A DNA stretch of 64,000 bases from Acidobacteriota bacterium (GTDB lineage Bacteria; Acidobacteriota; Vicinamibacteria; Vicinamibacterales; CAVVIG01): contig JADZED010000041.1 in the NCBI GenBank assembly GCA_020850715.1, forward strand, positions 10,623 through 74,622, in the 5' to 3' direction. This document shows positions 29,015 through 37,625 of the stretch, piece after piece (position 1 is the stretch's first letter; each line of letters starts with the position of its first letter). Made by a program: the position numbers and the translations under genes. A model generated the notes under the pieces. That model was not told the origin of the DNA and searched no databases. It worked only from the letters and a program-made list of their open reading frames with translations.

Positions 29015-30211
29015 TCAGCGGCTCACGACCTCGCCCGCCGCCGCCAGGATCTCCCCGGGAGGCGCGTCGAGTCCGCCGCCCTGCGCGAGATCCGGCCGGC
29101 CGCCGCCGCGGCCGCCGAACCGCGCCATCAGGGCCGACAGGATCTGATCGGCCCGGATCGGCAGGTCGGCCGCGCGCGCCACGACGACGAGGGCGGGCCG
29201 CGACGCCGACAGCAGCACGGCTGCGTGCCCGGGCGCCGACGCGATCTGCAGCGCCAGCGCCTTCAGTGCCGGCGCGTCGGCGTCGAGCGCACGCCGGACG
29301 ACCCGGGCGCCGCCCATCGGCTCGGCCGAAGCGATCAGGTCCGCCGAACGGAACGCCAGGAGCTCGGACTGGAGCGCGGCGGTCGCTCGCTTCTGCTCCC
29401 TGACGTCGACCTGCAGGTGTTCGATGGCCGCACCGAGGCCGTCCACGCCGGTCGACAACAGGCGGCCGGCCGACGCCAGCGTGTCCCGCATCGATCGAAA
29501 TCCGCGCAGCGCGCGGATGCCGCACAGGAACTCGATCCGCGTCCCGCCGCGGAACCGCTCCGCGCCGGCGATTGCGATCGACCCGATCTCCCCGGTCCCC
29601 GCGACGTGCGTCCCGCCGCAGGCGGAGAGATCGACGTCGCGAATCGCGACGAGCCGGATCGTGCCGGTGCGGTCCGGGCGCTTCCTGAGCGGCAGGCGCG
29701 CCGCCTCCCCGGCGGCGACGAACGAAACCGCCACCGGCCGGTTCTCCCACACGACGCGGTTGGCTTCCTCCTCGGCGGCGGCGATCGCCGCCGGCGGCAC
29801 CTCGCGGGCAAGATCGATCGTCGCGCTGGTGGCGCCGAGATGAACGCTCACGGTCTCGGCCGATGCGGCGTGCTGGAACGCGGCCGACAGCACGTGCTGG
29901 CCGGTGTGCTGCTGCATGTGCTCGAACCGGCGGGCCCAGTCGATCGCGCCGTGGATCGGATCGCCAGCCGCCGGCGGCTCTGCGCCAGACGCCTCGATGG
30001 CATGGGCGACGTCTCCATCGCCCTCGTCGATCACATCGACGACGAGGTGGGGTCCAAGCGTGCCGGCGTCGAACATCTGGCCGCCCGATGTCGGGTAGAA
30101 CGCCGTGCGATCGAGCGTCACCAGGAGGCGATCGGCGGCGTGCGACACGCGCACGACGCGCGCGTCGAACTCCCGCAGGTAGGAATCGGCGTAGTACAGC
30201 CTGTCGGTCAT
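29015..30211 (-). CDS. AlaX-L type alanyl-tRNA editing protein (tRNA_SAD plus DHHA1)
   Basis: 398 aa. Motifs: MTDRLYYADSYLREF, HTGQHVLSAAF (HxxxH), LSACGGTHV, and a C-terminal GGRGGGRPDLAQGGG. Confidence 0.8.
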   Translation of the reverse strand: MTDRLYYADSYLREFDARVVRVSHAADRLLVTLDRTAFYPTSGGQMFDAGTLGPHLVVDVIDEGDGDVAHAIEASGAEPPAAGDPIHGAIDWARRFEHMQQHTGQHVLSAAFQHAASAETVSVHLGATSATIDLAREVPPAAIAAAEEEANRVVWENRPVAVSFVAAGEAARLPLRKRPDRTGTIRLVAIRDVDLSACGGTHVAGTGEIGSIAIAGAERFRGGTRIEFLCGIRALRGFRSMRDTLASAGRLLSTGVDGLGAAIEHLQVDVREQKRATAALQSELLAFRSADLIASAEPMGGARVVRRALDADAPALKALALQIASAPGHAAVLLSASRPALVVVARAADLPIRADQILSALMARFGGRGGGRPDLAQGGGLDAPPGEILAAAGEVVSR

Positions 30212-32016
30212 TCGGCAGGAGGCGGCGGTTCCACTGCCGCCAGCTCGAAGAAGAAGGTCGCGCCGCCCCAGTCGTTGCCGCGGTACCCGATCGCGCCGCC
30301 GTACGACTCGATGATCCCGTAGCTCACCGAGAGGCCGAGGCCGGTGCCCTTGCCCACCGGCTTGGTCGTGAAGAACGGCTGGAACAGCTTCGGCTCGTCC
30401 GCGACGGAAACGCCGGTGCCATTGTCGATCACCTCGAGCCGCACCCTGCGGCCCTCGTCGGCCGCGCGGATGCGGATCCGGCCGTCCCTCCGTCCGGACG
30501 CTTCGATCGACTGCTGCGCGTTGATGACGAAATTGAGCACGACCTGCTCGATCTCGGTGAAGTTTGCCAGGACTCGTCGCGCCGGCGGCGTCTCCGCTTC
30601 CAGGGCGATGGACGACGCATCGAGATCGCGCTGCCGGATCTGGACGACTTCGCGGATCACGTCGCCCAGCTCGAGCTGTGACGGCGGCCCGGTCTGCTGG
30701 CTGCTGAAGCGCGAGAGGTTGCGGATGATATCGCGCGCCCGTGCGCTCTGGGTCTTGACGAACGCGACCTCCTCCTTCATCTCCGGCGCCAGATCCGCGC
30801 TGCGCTCGAGCAGTTCCGCCGTGCCGAGGATCGCCTGCAGGGGGTTGTTCAGCTCGTGGGCCACGCCGGAGACCAGCAGACCCACGGCGGCGAGCCGCTC
30901 CTGGCGCACGACCTGCCGCTCGAGCGACTGCACCATCTCGCGCATCCTGCGCTCCTGGGCGACCTGACGGTCGAGCGCATCGCGCGTCCCGCGCAGGTTG
31001 GCGGCCATGGTGACGAACGACGACTGGAGCGCCGCCAGTTCGAAGTTCGACATGGGGCTCGTTGCCGGCGTGGAGAGATCGCCGTCGGCGATGCGCTGCA
31101 CGGCGAGCCGCAACCGGTTGACGTCGACGTGCAGCAGACGGGCGAGCCAGAGCGACAACCCGAGGAGAATGCCGACCACCAGCAGCACGATGGCGACGCT
31201 CCGGCTCCAGAGGCGCATCACGCGGGCCAGCGCGACCTGGGCGGGGATGCCGATGCTGAGCACGAGGGGTCCCCTGGCGATCGCCGCCGTGCCGAAATAG
31301 CGCGTCAGGCCGTCGAGACCGGTCGCCGGCGGCGCATCCGGCGGCGGCCCCACCGCCGCGAGCCGTCCCGGGTCCAGGATCGCCGCGGCGCCCGACGAGC
31401 CGGCGAGCAGGCGGCCCCGGGCATCCGTCAGGGCGACCACCGAACGCTCCGGCAGCGGGAGCGCGTCGAAGGTCGCCTGCAGCTGTTCCAGGCTCAACGC
31501 GAGCCCCAGCACGCCCGCCACCTCGCCCTCGCCGTTCTGCACGGGATAGGCAAGGATGATCGCCGCCTCGGGCCCTGAGCTGAGGTCGCTGATCACCGGC
31601 TTGCCCTCGCGGATCACGTCGGCGACAAACGGCGTCGCCTGCGGCAGGTTGGCGGGCGGCACCGGCAGGCCGGACGCCCGGACGGCGCCGCCCGGGCTCA
31701 TGAGGAGCACGTTCTTCAGGAACGGCTGATCGCGCAGGACCGACGCGAACGCCCGGTTCGCCTGCGGAAGGTCGAACGCGCCCACCGCCGGGTGTGCGAG
31801 GAGTGCCCCGGCGACGGCATCGAAGCTGCCGAGCACGCTCATCAGGTTCGCGGCTTCGAGCGCGGCGGCATTGACCGCGTCACGCCGCACGTCCGCCCGC
31901 CGCTCGTTCAGGATGCGCGTGGTGGACCAGGCGACGGCGATGAGGAGCACGGCCAGCATGACCGCCGCGGCGGTCATGAGTTGACGACGGATGGACTTGC
32001 CGGCCAGCAGTCGCAC
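30208..32016 (-). CDS. Sensor histidine kinase (periplasmic Cache-like domain, HAMP, HisKA, HATPase)
   Basis: 602 aa, GTG start. Two TM segments flank about 260 aa. H-box: VSGVAHELNNPLQ. HATPase motifs: DNGTGV and GTGLGLSVSYGI. The stop overlaps the alaX start (ATGA). Confidence 0.8.
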   Translation of the reverse strand: MRLLAGKSIRRQLMTAAAVMLAVLLIAVAWSTTRILNERRADVRRDAVNAAALEAANLMSVLGSFDAVAGALLAHPAVGAFDLPQANRAFASVLRDQPFLKNVLLMSPGGAVRASGLPVPPANLPQATPFVADVIREGKPVISDLSSGPEAAIILAYPVQNGEGEVAGVLGLALSLEQLQATFDALPLPERSVVALTDARGRLLAGSSGAAAILDPGRLAAVGPPPDAPPATGLDGLTRYFGTAAIARGPLVLSIGIPAQVALARVMRLWSRSVAIVLLVVGILLGLSLWLARLLHVDVNRLRLAVQRIADGDLSTPATSPMSNFELAALQSSFVTMAANLRGTRDALDRQVAQERRMREMVQSLERQVVRQERLAAVGLLVSGVAHELNNPLQAILGTAELLERSADLAPEMKEEVAFVKTQSARARDIIRNLSRFSSQQTGPPSQLELGDVIREVVQIRQRDLDASSIALEAETPPARRVLANFTEIEQVVLNFVINAQQSIEASGRRDGRIRIRAADEGRRVRLEVIDNGTGVSVADEPKLFQPFFTTKPVGKGTGLGLSVSYGIIESYGGAIGYRGNDWGGATFFFELAAVEPPPPAE

Positions 32017-32033
32017 GAGGCCCGGTGCCGATT

Positions 32034-32705
32034 CTAGCCCACGGCCAGCGGGTCGACGAGCCCGGCTTCACGGAATCCCCGGGCGCGCAACGCGCAGCTG
32101 TCGCAGCGGCCGCACGGCCGCCCGGCCGCCCCGGGATCGTAGCAACTGTGCGTGAGGCCGTAGTCGAGCCCCAGCGCGGCGCCGCGCCCGATGATCTCCG
32201 CCTTCGTCATGGCGATGAGCGGGGTGTGAAGGCGAACGGCTGCGCCTTCGACGCCGGCCCGTGTCGCCAGCGCGGCCAGCGACTCGAACGCCGCGATGTA
32301 TTCGGGCCGGCAGTCCGGGTACCCCGAGTAATCGAGCGCGTTGACGCCGATGGCGATGTCGCGCGCGCCGAGCGTCTCGGCCCAGGCGAGCGCGAGCGAC
32401 AGGAAGATCGTGTTGCGCGCCGGCACGTAGGTGGAGGGGATGTCCGGCGCGCCGAGATCGCGGCCGTGCGGCACCTCGCCGCCCGAGGTGAGCGACGAGC
32501 CGCCGATGGCGCGGAGATCGAGGGCCAGCTCGAGGTGCCGCTCGACGCCGAGCGCCCGCGCGACGACGCGGGCCGCCTCGATCTCCCGTGCGTGGCGCTG
32601 GCCGTAGGCGATCGTCAGCGCACAGAGGTCGAAGCCTTCCGCCTTGACCAGCGCCGCGGCGGTGTAGGAATCGAGGCCGCCGCTCAGCAGGATGACCGCA
32701 CGCAT
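32034..32705 (-). CDS. queC: 7-cyano-7-deazaguanine synthase
   Basis: 223 aa. [15 protein letters not shown] (PP-loop). The C-terminal zinc Cys cluster is CYDP...[10 protein letters not shown]. Confidence 0.9.
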   Translation of the reverse strand: MRAVILLSGGLDSYTAAALVKAEGFDLCALTIAYGQRHAREIEAARVVARALGVERHLELALDLRAIGGSSLTSGGEVPHGRDLGAPDIPSTYVPARNTIFLSLALAWAETLGARDIAIGVNALDYSGYPDCRPEYIAAFESLAALATRAGVEGAAVRLHTPLIAMTKAEIIGRGAALGLDYGLTHSCYDPGAAGRPCGRCDSCALRARGFREAGLVDPLAVG

Positions 32706-32744
32706 GTCAGACGGGCTGCCGGCGCCGACCTGGGCGGGCGCGCC

Positions 32745-33386
32745 TCATACGCCTCTCGTGGCAGGCGGCCAGATGTACTTGTGGATCTGGAGCTGCAGCC
32801 GGACCGGCAGCCGATCGGCAAGGACCCATGCCGACAGCGGCTCCGGATCGAGGATGCCGTGTGCCGGCGACAGCAGGATCGCGCCCGTGCGGCCGGCAAG
32901 ATCGAGCCGGCCGATCGTGTCGCGCGCGAACTCGTAATCCCGTCGGTCCGCGATCACGAACTTCACCTCGTCCCTGGGCGTCAGGTGCCCGATGTTCGAC
33001 CAGTCGTTCCGGTGCGCTTCGCCGCTGCCCGGGCACTTGATGTCGACGATCCTGATCACGTCGGGCGGCACGCGTCCGATCGGACGGTGGCCGCCGGTCT
33101 CGAGCAGCACCGTGCGGCCGCGGTCTGCCAGCGCCCGCATCAGCTCGTACACGTCCTCCTGCAGCAGCGGCTCGCCGCCGGTGATCTCGACCAGGGGACA
33201 CTCGTAGGCCTCCACGGCGGCCACGACGTCGGCGACCGACTGCTTGCGCCCCCCGGTGAACGCGTAGGGCGTGTCGCACCAGGCGCAGCGCAGATCGCAG
33301 GAGGTCAGCCGCACGAACACGCAGGGGCGGCCGGCGTGCGTCGATTCGCCCTGAATCGAATGGAAGATCTCGTTGACGGTGAGCAT
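32745..33386 (-). CDS. queE: 7-carboxy-7-deazaguanine synthase (radical SAM)
   Basis: 213 aa. Motifs: IFHSIQGEST..GRPCVFVRLTSCDLRCAWCDT. Confidence 0.9.
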   Translation of the reverse strand: MLTVNEIFHSIQGESTHAGRPCVFVRLTSCDLRCAWCDTPYAFTGGRKQSVADVVAAVEAYECPLVEITGGEPLLQEDVYELMRALADRGRTVLLETGGHRPIGRVPPDVIRIVDIKCPGSGEAHRNDWSNIGHLTPRDEVKFVIADRRDYEFARDTIGRLDLAGRTGAILLSPAHGILDPEPLSAWVLADRLPVRLQLQIHKYIWPPATRGV

Positions 33387-33434
33387 CCGTCCTTCATTAT
33401 CCTATGGACGTGAGCGCGACGGGGGCGGCCGCCC

Positions 33435-34475
33435 GTGGCTGATCTGCGCATCGGCACCTCCGGCTGGCACTATCCGTCCGGCCGCGGCACCTGGAACGGC
33501 GTGTTCTACCCGCCGCCGCGCGGGCGTTCGAGAGCGTTCGACGAGCTCTCGTACTACGCCGAGCACTTCAACACCGTCGAGTTGAACTCGACCTTCTACG
33601 GCCAGCCGCGCGCCGAGGTCGCGCGCGGCTGGGCCGCGCGAACGCCGCGCGGATTCGAGTTCTCGGTCAAGCTCCATCAGAAGTTCACGCACCCTTCGCT
33701 CTACGCGAAGCGGCTTGCCGGCGCGCTCCCGCGCGACGCCGGCAGCGAGGCGCTGCGTGCGATCGGAGGCGCGAGCGGCGCCGATCTCGACCAGTTCCGG
33801 AAGGGGATCGAGCCGCTCGCCGCCGCCGGCAAGCTCGGCGCCCTGCTCGCCCAGTTTCCGGCGGGCTTCAAGGACGACGAGGCGTCGCGCGAGACGCTGG
33901 CGGGGCTGCTGCGCGCCTTCCGCGGCTACCGCGTCGCCGTCGAGCTGAGACACCGGAGCTGGAGCGATCGCGTCGCCGCGACGCTCGGACTCCTCAATCA
34001 GTTCGGCGCCGCCTGGGTGCAGATCGACGAACCGAAGTTCCAGTGCTCGATCAGGCAGAACTTCCTGCCCAACGTGAGAGGGTTCTACTACATGCGGCTC
34101 CACGGCCGGAACGCCGCCGCCTGGTGGCGCCACGACCGCGCCGAGGATCGGTACGATTACCTGTATTCGAGCGCTGAGCTGAAGGCGCTCGCCGGAACGG
34201 CCGACGCGGTGCGGCACCTGGTGCAGAAGACGTATCTGTACACCAACAACCACTTCTCGGCGAAGTCGGTGGCCAATGCGGTGATGCTCAAGCGGCAGCT
34301 CGGCGATCCGATTGAGGGCGCCTATCCGCCGGAGTTCGCCGCGCGATATCCAGAGACCGCAGGCATCGTGGCGGCGTCGCGCGCGGAGCGGGCCGCCGCG
34401 CCCGCGCCCGCCCCGGCGGCCTCGCGGCAATCAGACCCGGCCGGGGCGGCGGCGGCGCGCCGGCGCCGCAGGTGA
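33435..34475 (+). CDS. DUF72 (YecE-like) domain protein with an Ala/Pro/Arg-rich C-terminal tail
   Basis: 346 aa, GTG start. ADLRIGTSGWHYPSG is the typical DUF72 N-terminus. Other motifs: NSTFY, VELRHRSW. Confidence 0.8.
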   Translation: MADLRIGTSGWHYPSGRGTWNGVFYPPPRGRSRAFDELSYYAEHFNTVELNSTFYGQPRAEVARGWAARTPRGFEFSVKLHQKFTHPSLYAKRLAGALPRDAGSEALRAIGGASGADLDQFRKGIEPLAAAGKLGALLAQFPAGFKDDEASRETLAGLLRAFRGYRVAVELRHRSWSDRVAATLGLLNQFGAAWVQIDEPKFQCSIRQNFLPNVRGFYYMRLHGRNAAAWWRHDRAEDRYDYLYSSAELKALAGTADAVRHLVQKTYLYTNNHFSAKSVANAVMLKRQLGDPIEGAYPPEFAARYPETAGIVAASRAERAAAPAPAPAASRQSDPAGAAAARRRRR

Positions 34476-35174
34476 TGCTCCTGCGCGGCGCGATCTGTCG
34501 ACGACCCCCGCCTGCGCGCACAGCGGCCGGATCGCGCACGCCGCGCAGCGCGGGTAGACCGGCCTGCACACGTTCTGGCCCCACGTGACGAGATACAGGT
34601 TGATGTAGGGCCACCAGCGCGGGGAGGTTGCCTCGTAGAGCGCCTGCTCGGTCTCATCGGGCGTCCCGGTCGCCACCCACCCGAGACGGTTGGCAATCCG
34701 GTGCACGTGCGTGTCGACGCAGATGTTGCGGCGGCTCCCGAACGACAGGATGAGGACGAGATTCGCCGTCTTCCGGCCGACGCCCGGCAGCGTGAGCAGC
34801 TCCGCCATCGTGCCCGGCACGCGGCCGCCGAACCGCGCCGCCAGCAGCGCGCATGTCCGCTTCAGGTGCCGCGCCTTGTGCCGGTAGAAGCTCACCGGGT
34901 AGATGAGCCGCTCGATCCGCTTCGTTGCGAGCGACGCCATCTCGGGCGGCGTCCGTGCGGCGCGGAACAGCCGCGAGGAAGCCGCCGCCGTCACCGGGTC
35001 GCGCGTCTGCGCCGACAGCATCGTCGAGACCAGCACCTCGAAGGCATTCCTGCGGCTGCCGCCGGCAATCTTCTCGACGGCGGGCAGTTCGAGGCCGGCG
35101 ATCTCGCGGGCAATCACCTTCATCACCCGCGCGACACGGCGGGCGCGCGCGGCTGGAACGGCGCGACGCGTCAT
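34431..35174 (-). CDS. nth: Endonuclease III
   Basis: Inside track ORF 34431..35792; the ATG at 35174 forms an ATGA overlap with the upstream dehydrogenase. HhH motif: LLTLPGVGRKTANLVL. Other motifs: VDTHVHRI, and the Fe-S cluster CRPVYPRCAACAIRPLC (C-x6-C-x2-C-x5-C). Confidence 0.9.
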   Translation of the reverse strand: MTRRAVPAARARRVARVMKVIAREIAGLELPAVEKIAGGSRRNAFEVLVSTMLSAQTRDPVTAAASSRLFRAARTPPEMASLATKRIERLIYPVSFYRHKARHLKRTCALLAARFGGRVPGTMAELLTLPGVGRKTANLVLILSFGSRRNICVDTHVHRIANRLGWVATGTPDETEQALYEATSPRWWPYINLYLVTWGQNVCRPVYPRCAACAIRPLCAQAGVVDRSRRAGASPAAPARRRRPGRV

Positions 35175-36118
35175 GAGACCGGCGTGAGCGGCGGCCGGCC
35201 GCGCAGGACGTTGATCACGTTCTCCACCGCCAGCTCGGCCATCGCCGTGCGCGTTTCCTTCGTCGCGCTGCCCAGGTGCGGCGCCAGCAGGACGTTCTCG
35301 AGCGGCAGCAGATCGGGATGCACCGCCGGCTCGCGTTCGTAGACGTCGAGCGCCGCGCCCGCGATCAGGTGCTCCTTCAACGCCCAGGCGAGGGCGGCTT
35401 CGTCGACCACCGGCCCGCGCGCCGTGTTGATCAGGCACGCGCTGCGCTTCATGCGGGCCAGCGCTCGGCGGTCGATCAGGTGGGTCGTCTCCCGCGTCAG
35501 CGGCACGTGCAGCGAGACGACGTCGGAGCTGTTGAGCAGCCGATCGAGCGACATCGGCTCGGCTCCCGATGGGTCCGCCGGACGCCTCGACGTGAACGCC
35601 ACCCGCAGGCCGAACGCCGGCGCACGCGCGGCGACCGCGCGGCCGATGCGGCCGTATCCGATCAGGCCGAGCTGCTTGCCGCGAAGGTCGGTGCCCAGCA
35701 TGAAGTCGAGCGCCCATCCCTTCCACCCGCCGCGCCTGATCAGGCGCTCGCCTTCCGACAGCCGCCGCGTGAGCGCCAGGATCAGCGCCCACGTGAAGTC
35801 GGCGACCGGTTCGGTCAGGACGTCCGGCGTGTTGGTGACGATGATGCCCCGGCCGCGCGCGTACTCGACATCGACGTTGTTGAACCCGACGGCGACGTTG
35901 GCAATCACCTTCAGGCCCGGTGCGGCGTCAACGACCGCCGCGTCGATCGACTCGGTGAGCAGGCACACAATCGCGTCCTTGCCGGCAATGCGGCGTTTCA
36001 GCTCGGCCGGCCCGATCGGCGCTTCGCCGTCGTACACGTCGACGTCTCCGATCGCACACAGCTTCGCCAGCACCGAGGAGGGCAGCTTGCGCGTGACGAG
36101 AATGCTGGGCATCGCCAA
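35171..36118 (-). CDS. D-isomer-specific 2-hydroxyacid dehydrogenase (glyoxylate/hydroxypyruvate reductase-like)
   Basis: 315 aa. NAD-binding motif: GLIGYGRIGRAVA. Other motifs: NTARGPVVDEAAL, DVYEREP, PHLGSAT. Confidence 0.85.
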   Translation of the reverse strand: MAMPSILVTRKLPSSVLAKLCAIGDVDVYDGEAPIGPAELKRRIAGKDAIVCLLTESIDAAVVDAAPGLKVIANVAVGFNNVDVEYARGRGIIVTNTPDVLTEPVADFTWALILALTRRLSEGERLIRRGGWKGWALDFMLGTDLRGKQLGLIGYGRIGRAVAARAPAFGLRVAFTSRRPADPSGAEPMSLDRLLNSSDVVSLHVPLTRETTHLIDRRALARMKRSACLINTARGPVVDEAALAWALKEHLIAGAALDVYEREPAVHPDLLPLENVLLAPHLGSATKETRTAMAELAVENVINVLRGRPPLTPVS

Positions 36119-36202
36119 CTGCGGCAGGCGTGCGTGAGGGGGGAAGGCGGCCTTCGCGATCCTTCCTGCCGCTCCCGCCCTGCCCGCCCCTCCCTGCCCC
36201 TC

Positions 36203-36451
36203 TCAATGTCCGAACGACTGGCAGAACCCGCAGTGGGTGCACCGAGCGGCCGGCTCGATCAGACAGACGCCGCCATCCTCTCCGCCGCGGTGGACGGGCA
36301 ACCTCAGATGGCTGGCGTGCTCGCGGCAGCCGGCCGCGTCGAGCGGGGCGCCGGGTTCCGCCGGCGGGTCGCCGCCCCGGCCCGAGCCTGCGGCGTACCT
36401 CGCCACCGCCTCCCGCACGAGCGCGCGCAGTTCCTGCTCAGAGAGCTCCAT
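36203..36451 (-). CDS. 82-aa protein with an N-terminal encapsulation-peptide-like amphipathic helix and a C-terminal Cys/His cluster (candidate BMC cargo or redox cofactor protein)
   Basis: Track ORF 36203..36490; the start is moved to the ATG at 36451 (a 14-nt overlap with the upstream BMC-P). The sequence runs MELSEQELRALVREAVARY, then a Gly/Pro linker, then CREHASHLRLPVH...VCLIEPAARCTHCGFCQSFGH. Confidence 0.5.
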   Translation of the reverse strand: MELSEQELRALVREAVARYAAGSGRGGDPPAEPGAPLDAAGCREHASHLRLPVHRGGEDGGVCLIEPAARCTHCGFCQSFGH

Positions 36452-36716
36452 CGACGTCAACCCGGTCGACGATGCCCACGACGGCGGCATCGACCGGCGC
36501 GGCCTTGCGCCCCAATGCCTCGCCCGCGGCCCGTCCCTCGAGCACGATCAGCACGCGTTCGTGGACGCCTGCGCCCACGCCGTCGACCGCGAGCAGCGCC
36601 GTGCCGCGCGGGTTGCCATCGGGATCGATCGGCTGCACCAGCAGCAGCTTCGCGCCCTCGAACCTGGCGTGCTTCTGAGTGGCGACGACGGTGCCGACGA
36701 CCCGTCCAATCTGCAT
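36438..36716 (-). CDS. BMC-P pentameric vertex protein (EutN/CcmL/PduN family), copy 3
   Basis: 92 aa. MQIGRVVGTVVATQKHARFEGAKLLLVQPID...DAAVVGIVD. Confidence 0.85.
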   Translation of the reverse strand: MQIGRVVGTVVATQKHARFEGAKLLLVQPIDPDGNPRGTALLAVDGVGAGVHERVLIVLEGRAAGEALGRKAAPVDAAVVGIVDRVDVDGAL

Positions 36717-36719
36717 CCG

Positions 36720-37025
36720 CTATTCAGCCGCTCCGGCGCGAACCGCGGCGTCCGCCGGCGGCTCGACGCTCCAGTGATCGACAATGCCGACGATGCCGGC
36801 ATCCACCGGCGGCTCGGCGGGCAGAAACGGGAAGCTGGCTTCCTTCCCGCGCACGAAGAAGACGTGCTCGCCGGCGCCGGCCCCGACCTCGTCGACGGCG
36901 ACGATCGGCCGGCCCGCGGGCTGCCCGTCGGGCGCGATCGGCTGGACGATCAGCAGCTTCACGCCGAGGAGCGTCTCGTCCTTGCGGGTGGCGACGACCT
37001 CTCCGACGACTCTCGCGAGCTGCAT
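36720..37025 (-). CDS. BMC-P pentameric vertex protein (EutN/CcmL/PduN family), copy 2
   Basis: Track ORF 36720..37052; start at the ATG at 37025. MQLARVVGEVVATRKDETLLGVKLLIVQPI...DAGIVGIVD. Confidence 0.85.
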   Translation of the reverse strand: MQLARVVGEVVATRKDETLLGVKLLIVQPIAPDGQPAGRPIVAVDEVGAGAGEHVFFVRGKEASFPFLPAEPPVDAGIVGIVDHWSVEPPADAAVRAGAAE

Positions 37026-37035
37026 CGCCGCCCGG

Positions 37036-37308
37036 CTACTCGCGAACCGCAATCTCGTCGACGATGCCGACCACGGCGGCGTCGACGGGGCAATCTTTGA
37101 GGCCCGATGCCATGCGCGCGGAACTGCCGCTCACGATCAGGACGGTCTCGCCGACGCCCGCATCGACCGTGTCGACCGCAATCACACAGCCGCCTTCGGC
37201 GGCCTTGCCCCGGGGATCCATGGGGCGCGCGATGAGCAGCTTGGTGCTGACGAGCCGCGGATCCTTGCGGGTCGCGACGACGGTGCCGATGATCCGGGCC
37301 AGCAGCAT
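37036..37308 (-). CDS. BMC-P pentameric vertex protein (EutN/CcmL/PduN family), copy 1
   Basis: Inside track ORF 37036..37431; start at the ATG at 37308. [30 protein letters not shown]...DAAVVGIVD. Confidence 0.85.
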   Translation of the reverse strand: MLLARIIGTVVATRKDPRLVSTKLLIARPMDPRGKAAEGGCVIAVDTVDAGVGETVLIVSGSSARMASGLKDCPVDAAVVGIVDEIAVRE

Positions 37309-37312
37309 CCGG

Positions 37313-37603
37313 CTATGCCTTGACGGTCGCCTTGCCGATCGGCAGCGCGTCCTCCAGATTGGCGTGCGGACGCGGAATGACGTGCACCGACACGAGCTCC
37401 CCGACGCGGCGCGCCGCGGCGGCGCCTGCATCGGTGGCGGCCTTCACCGCCGCGACATCGCCGCGGACGATCGCCGTGACATAGCCTGCGCCGATCTTCT
37501 CCCAGCCGACGAGCGTGACCTTCGCGGCCTTGACCATCGCGTCGGCGGCCTCGATCATCGCGACCAGGCCCTTTGTTTCGATCATGCCGAGTGCCTCACC
37601 CAT
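37313..37603 (-). CDS. BMC-H hexameric shell protein (PduA/EutM-like, Pfam00936-type)
   Basis: Track ORF 37313..37618 begins at a TTG; the ATG at 37603 has AAGGAG 7 nt upstream. [56 protein letters not shown]. Confidence 0.9.
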   Translation of the reverse strand: MGEALGMIETKGLVAMIEAADAMVKAAKVTLVGWEKIGAGYVTAIVRGDVAAVKAATDAGAAAARRVGELVSVHVIPRPHANLEDALPIGKATVKA

Positions 37604-37625
37604 TGCGGTCTCCTTCAAGCGGCCT

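Noticed and set aside
33387-33434. Possible preQ1 riboswitch upstream of queE and queC.
   Set aside because: Only 48 bp separate queE from the divergent DUF72 gene. I could not find the conserved preQ1-I elements (a short hairpin followed by an A-rich tail with ACUA...AGG) in it.
34431-34475. A 45-bp convergent overlap of the DUF72 and nth 3' ends, as a possible regulatory antisense arrangement.
   Set aside because: Both overlapping tails are low-complexity Ala/Arg/Pro stretches beyond the conserved domains. The overlap most likely reflects late stop codons in GC-rich sequence rather than a designed feature.
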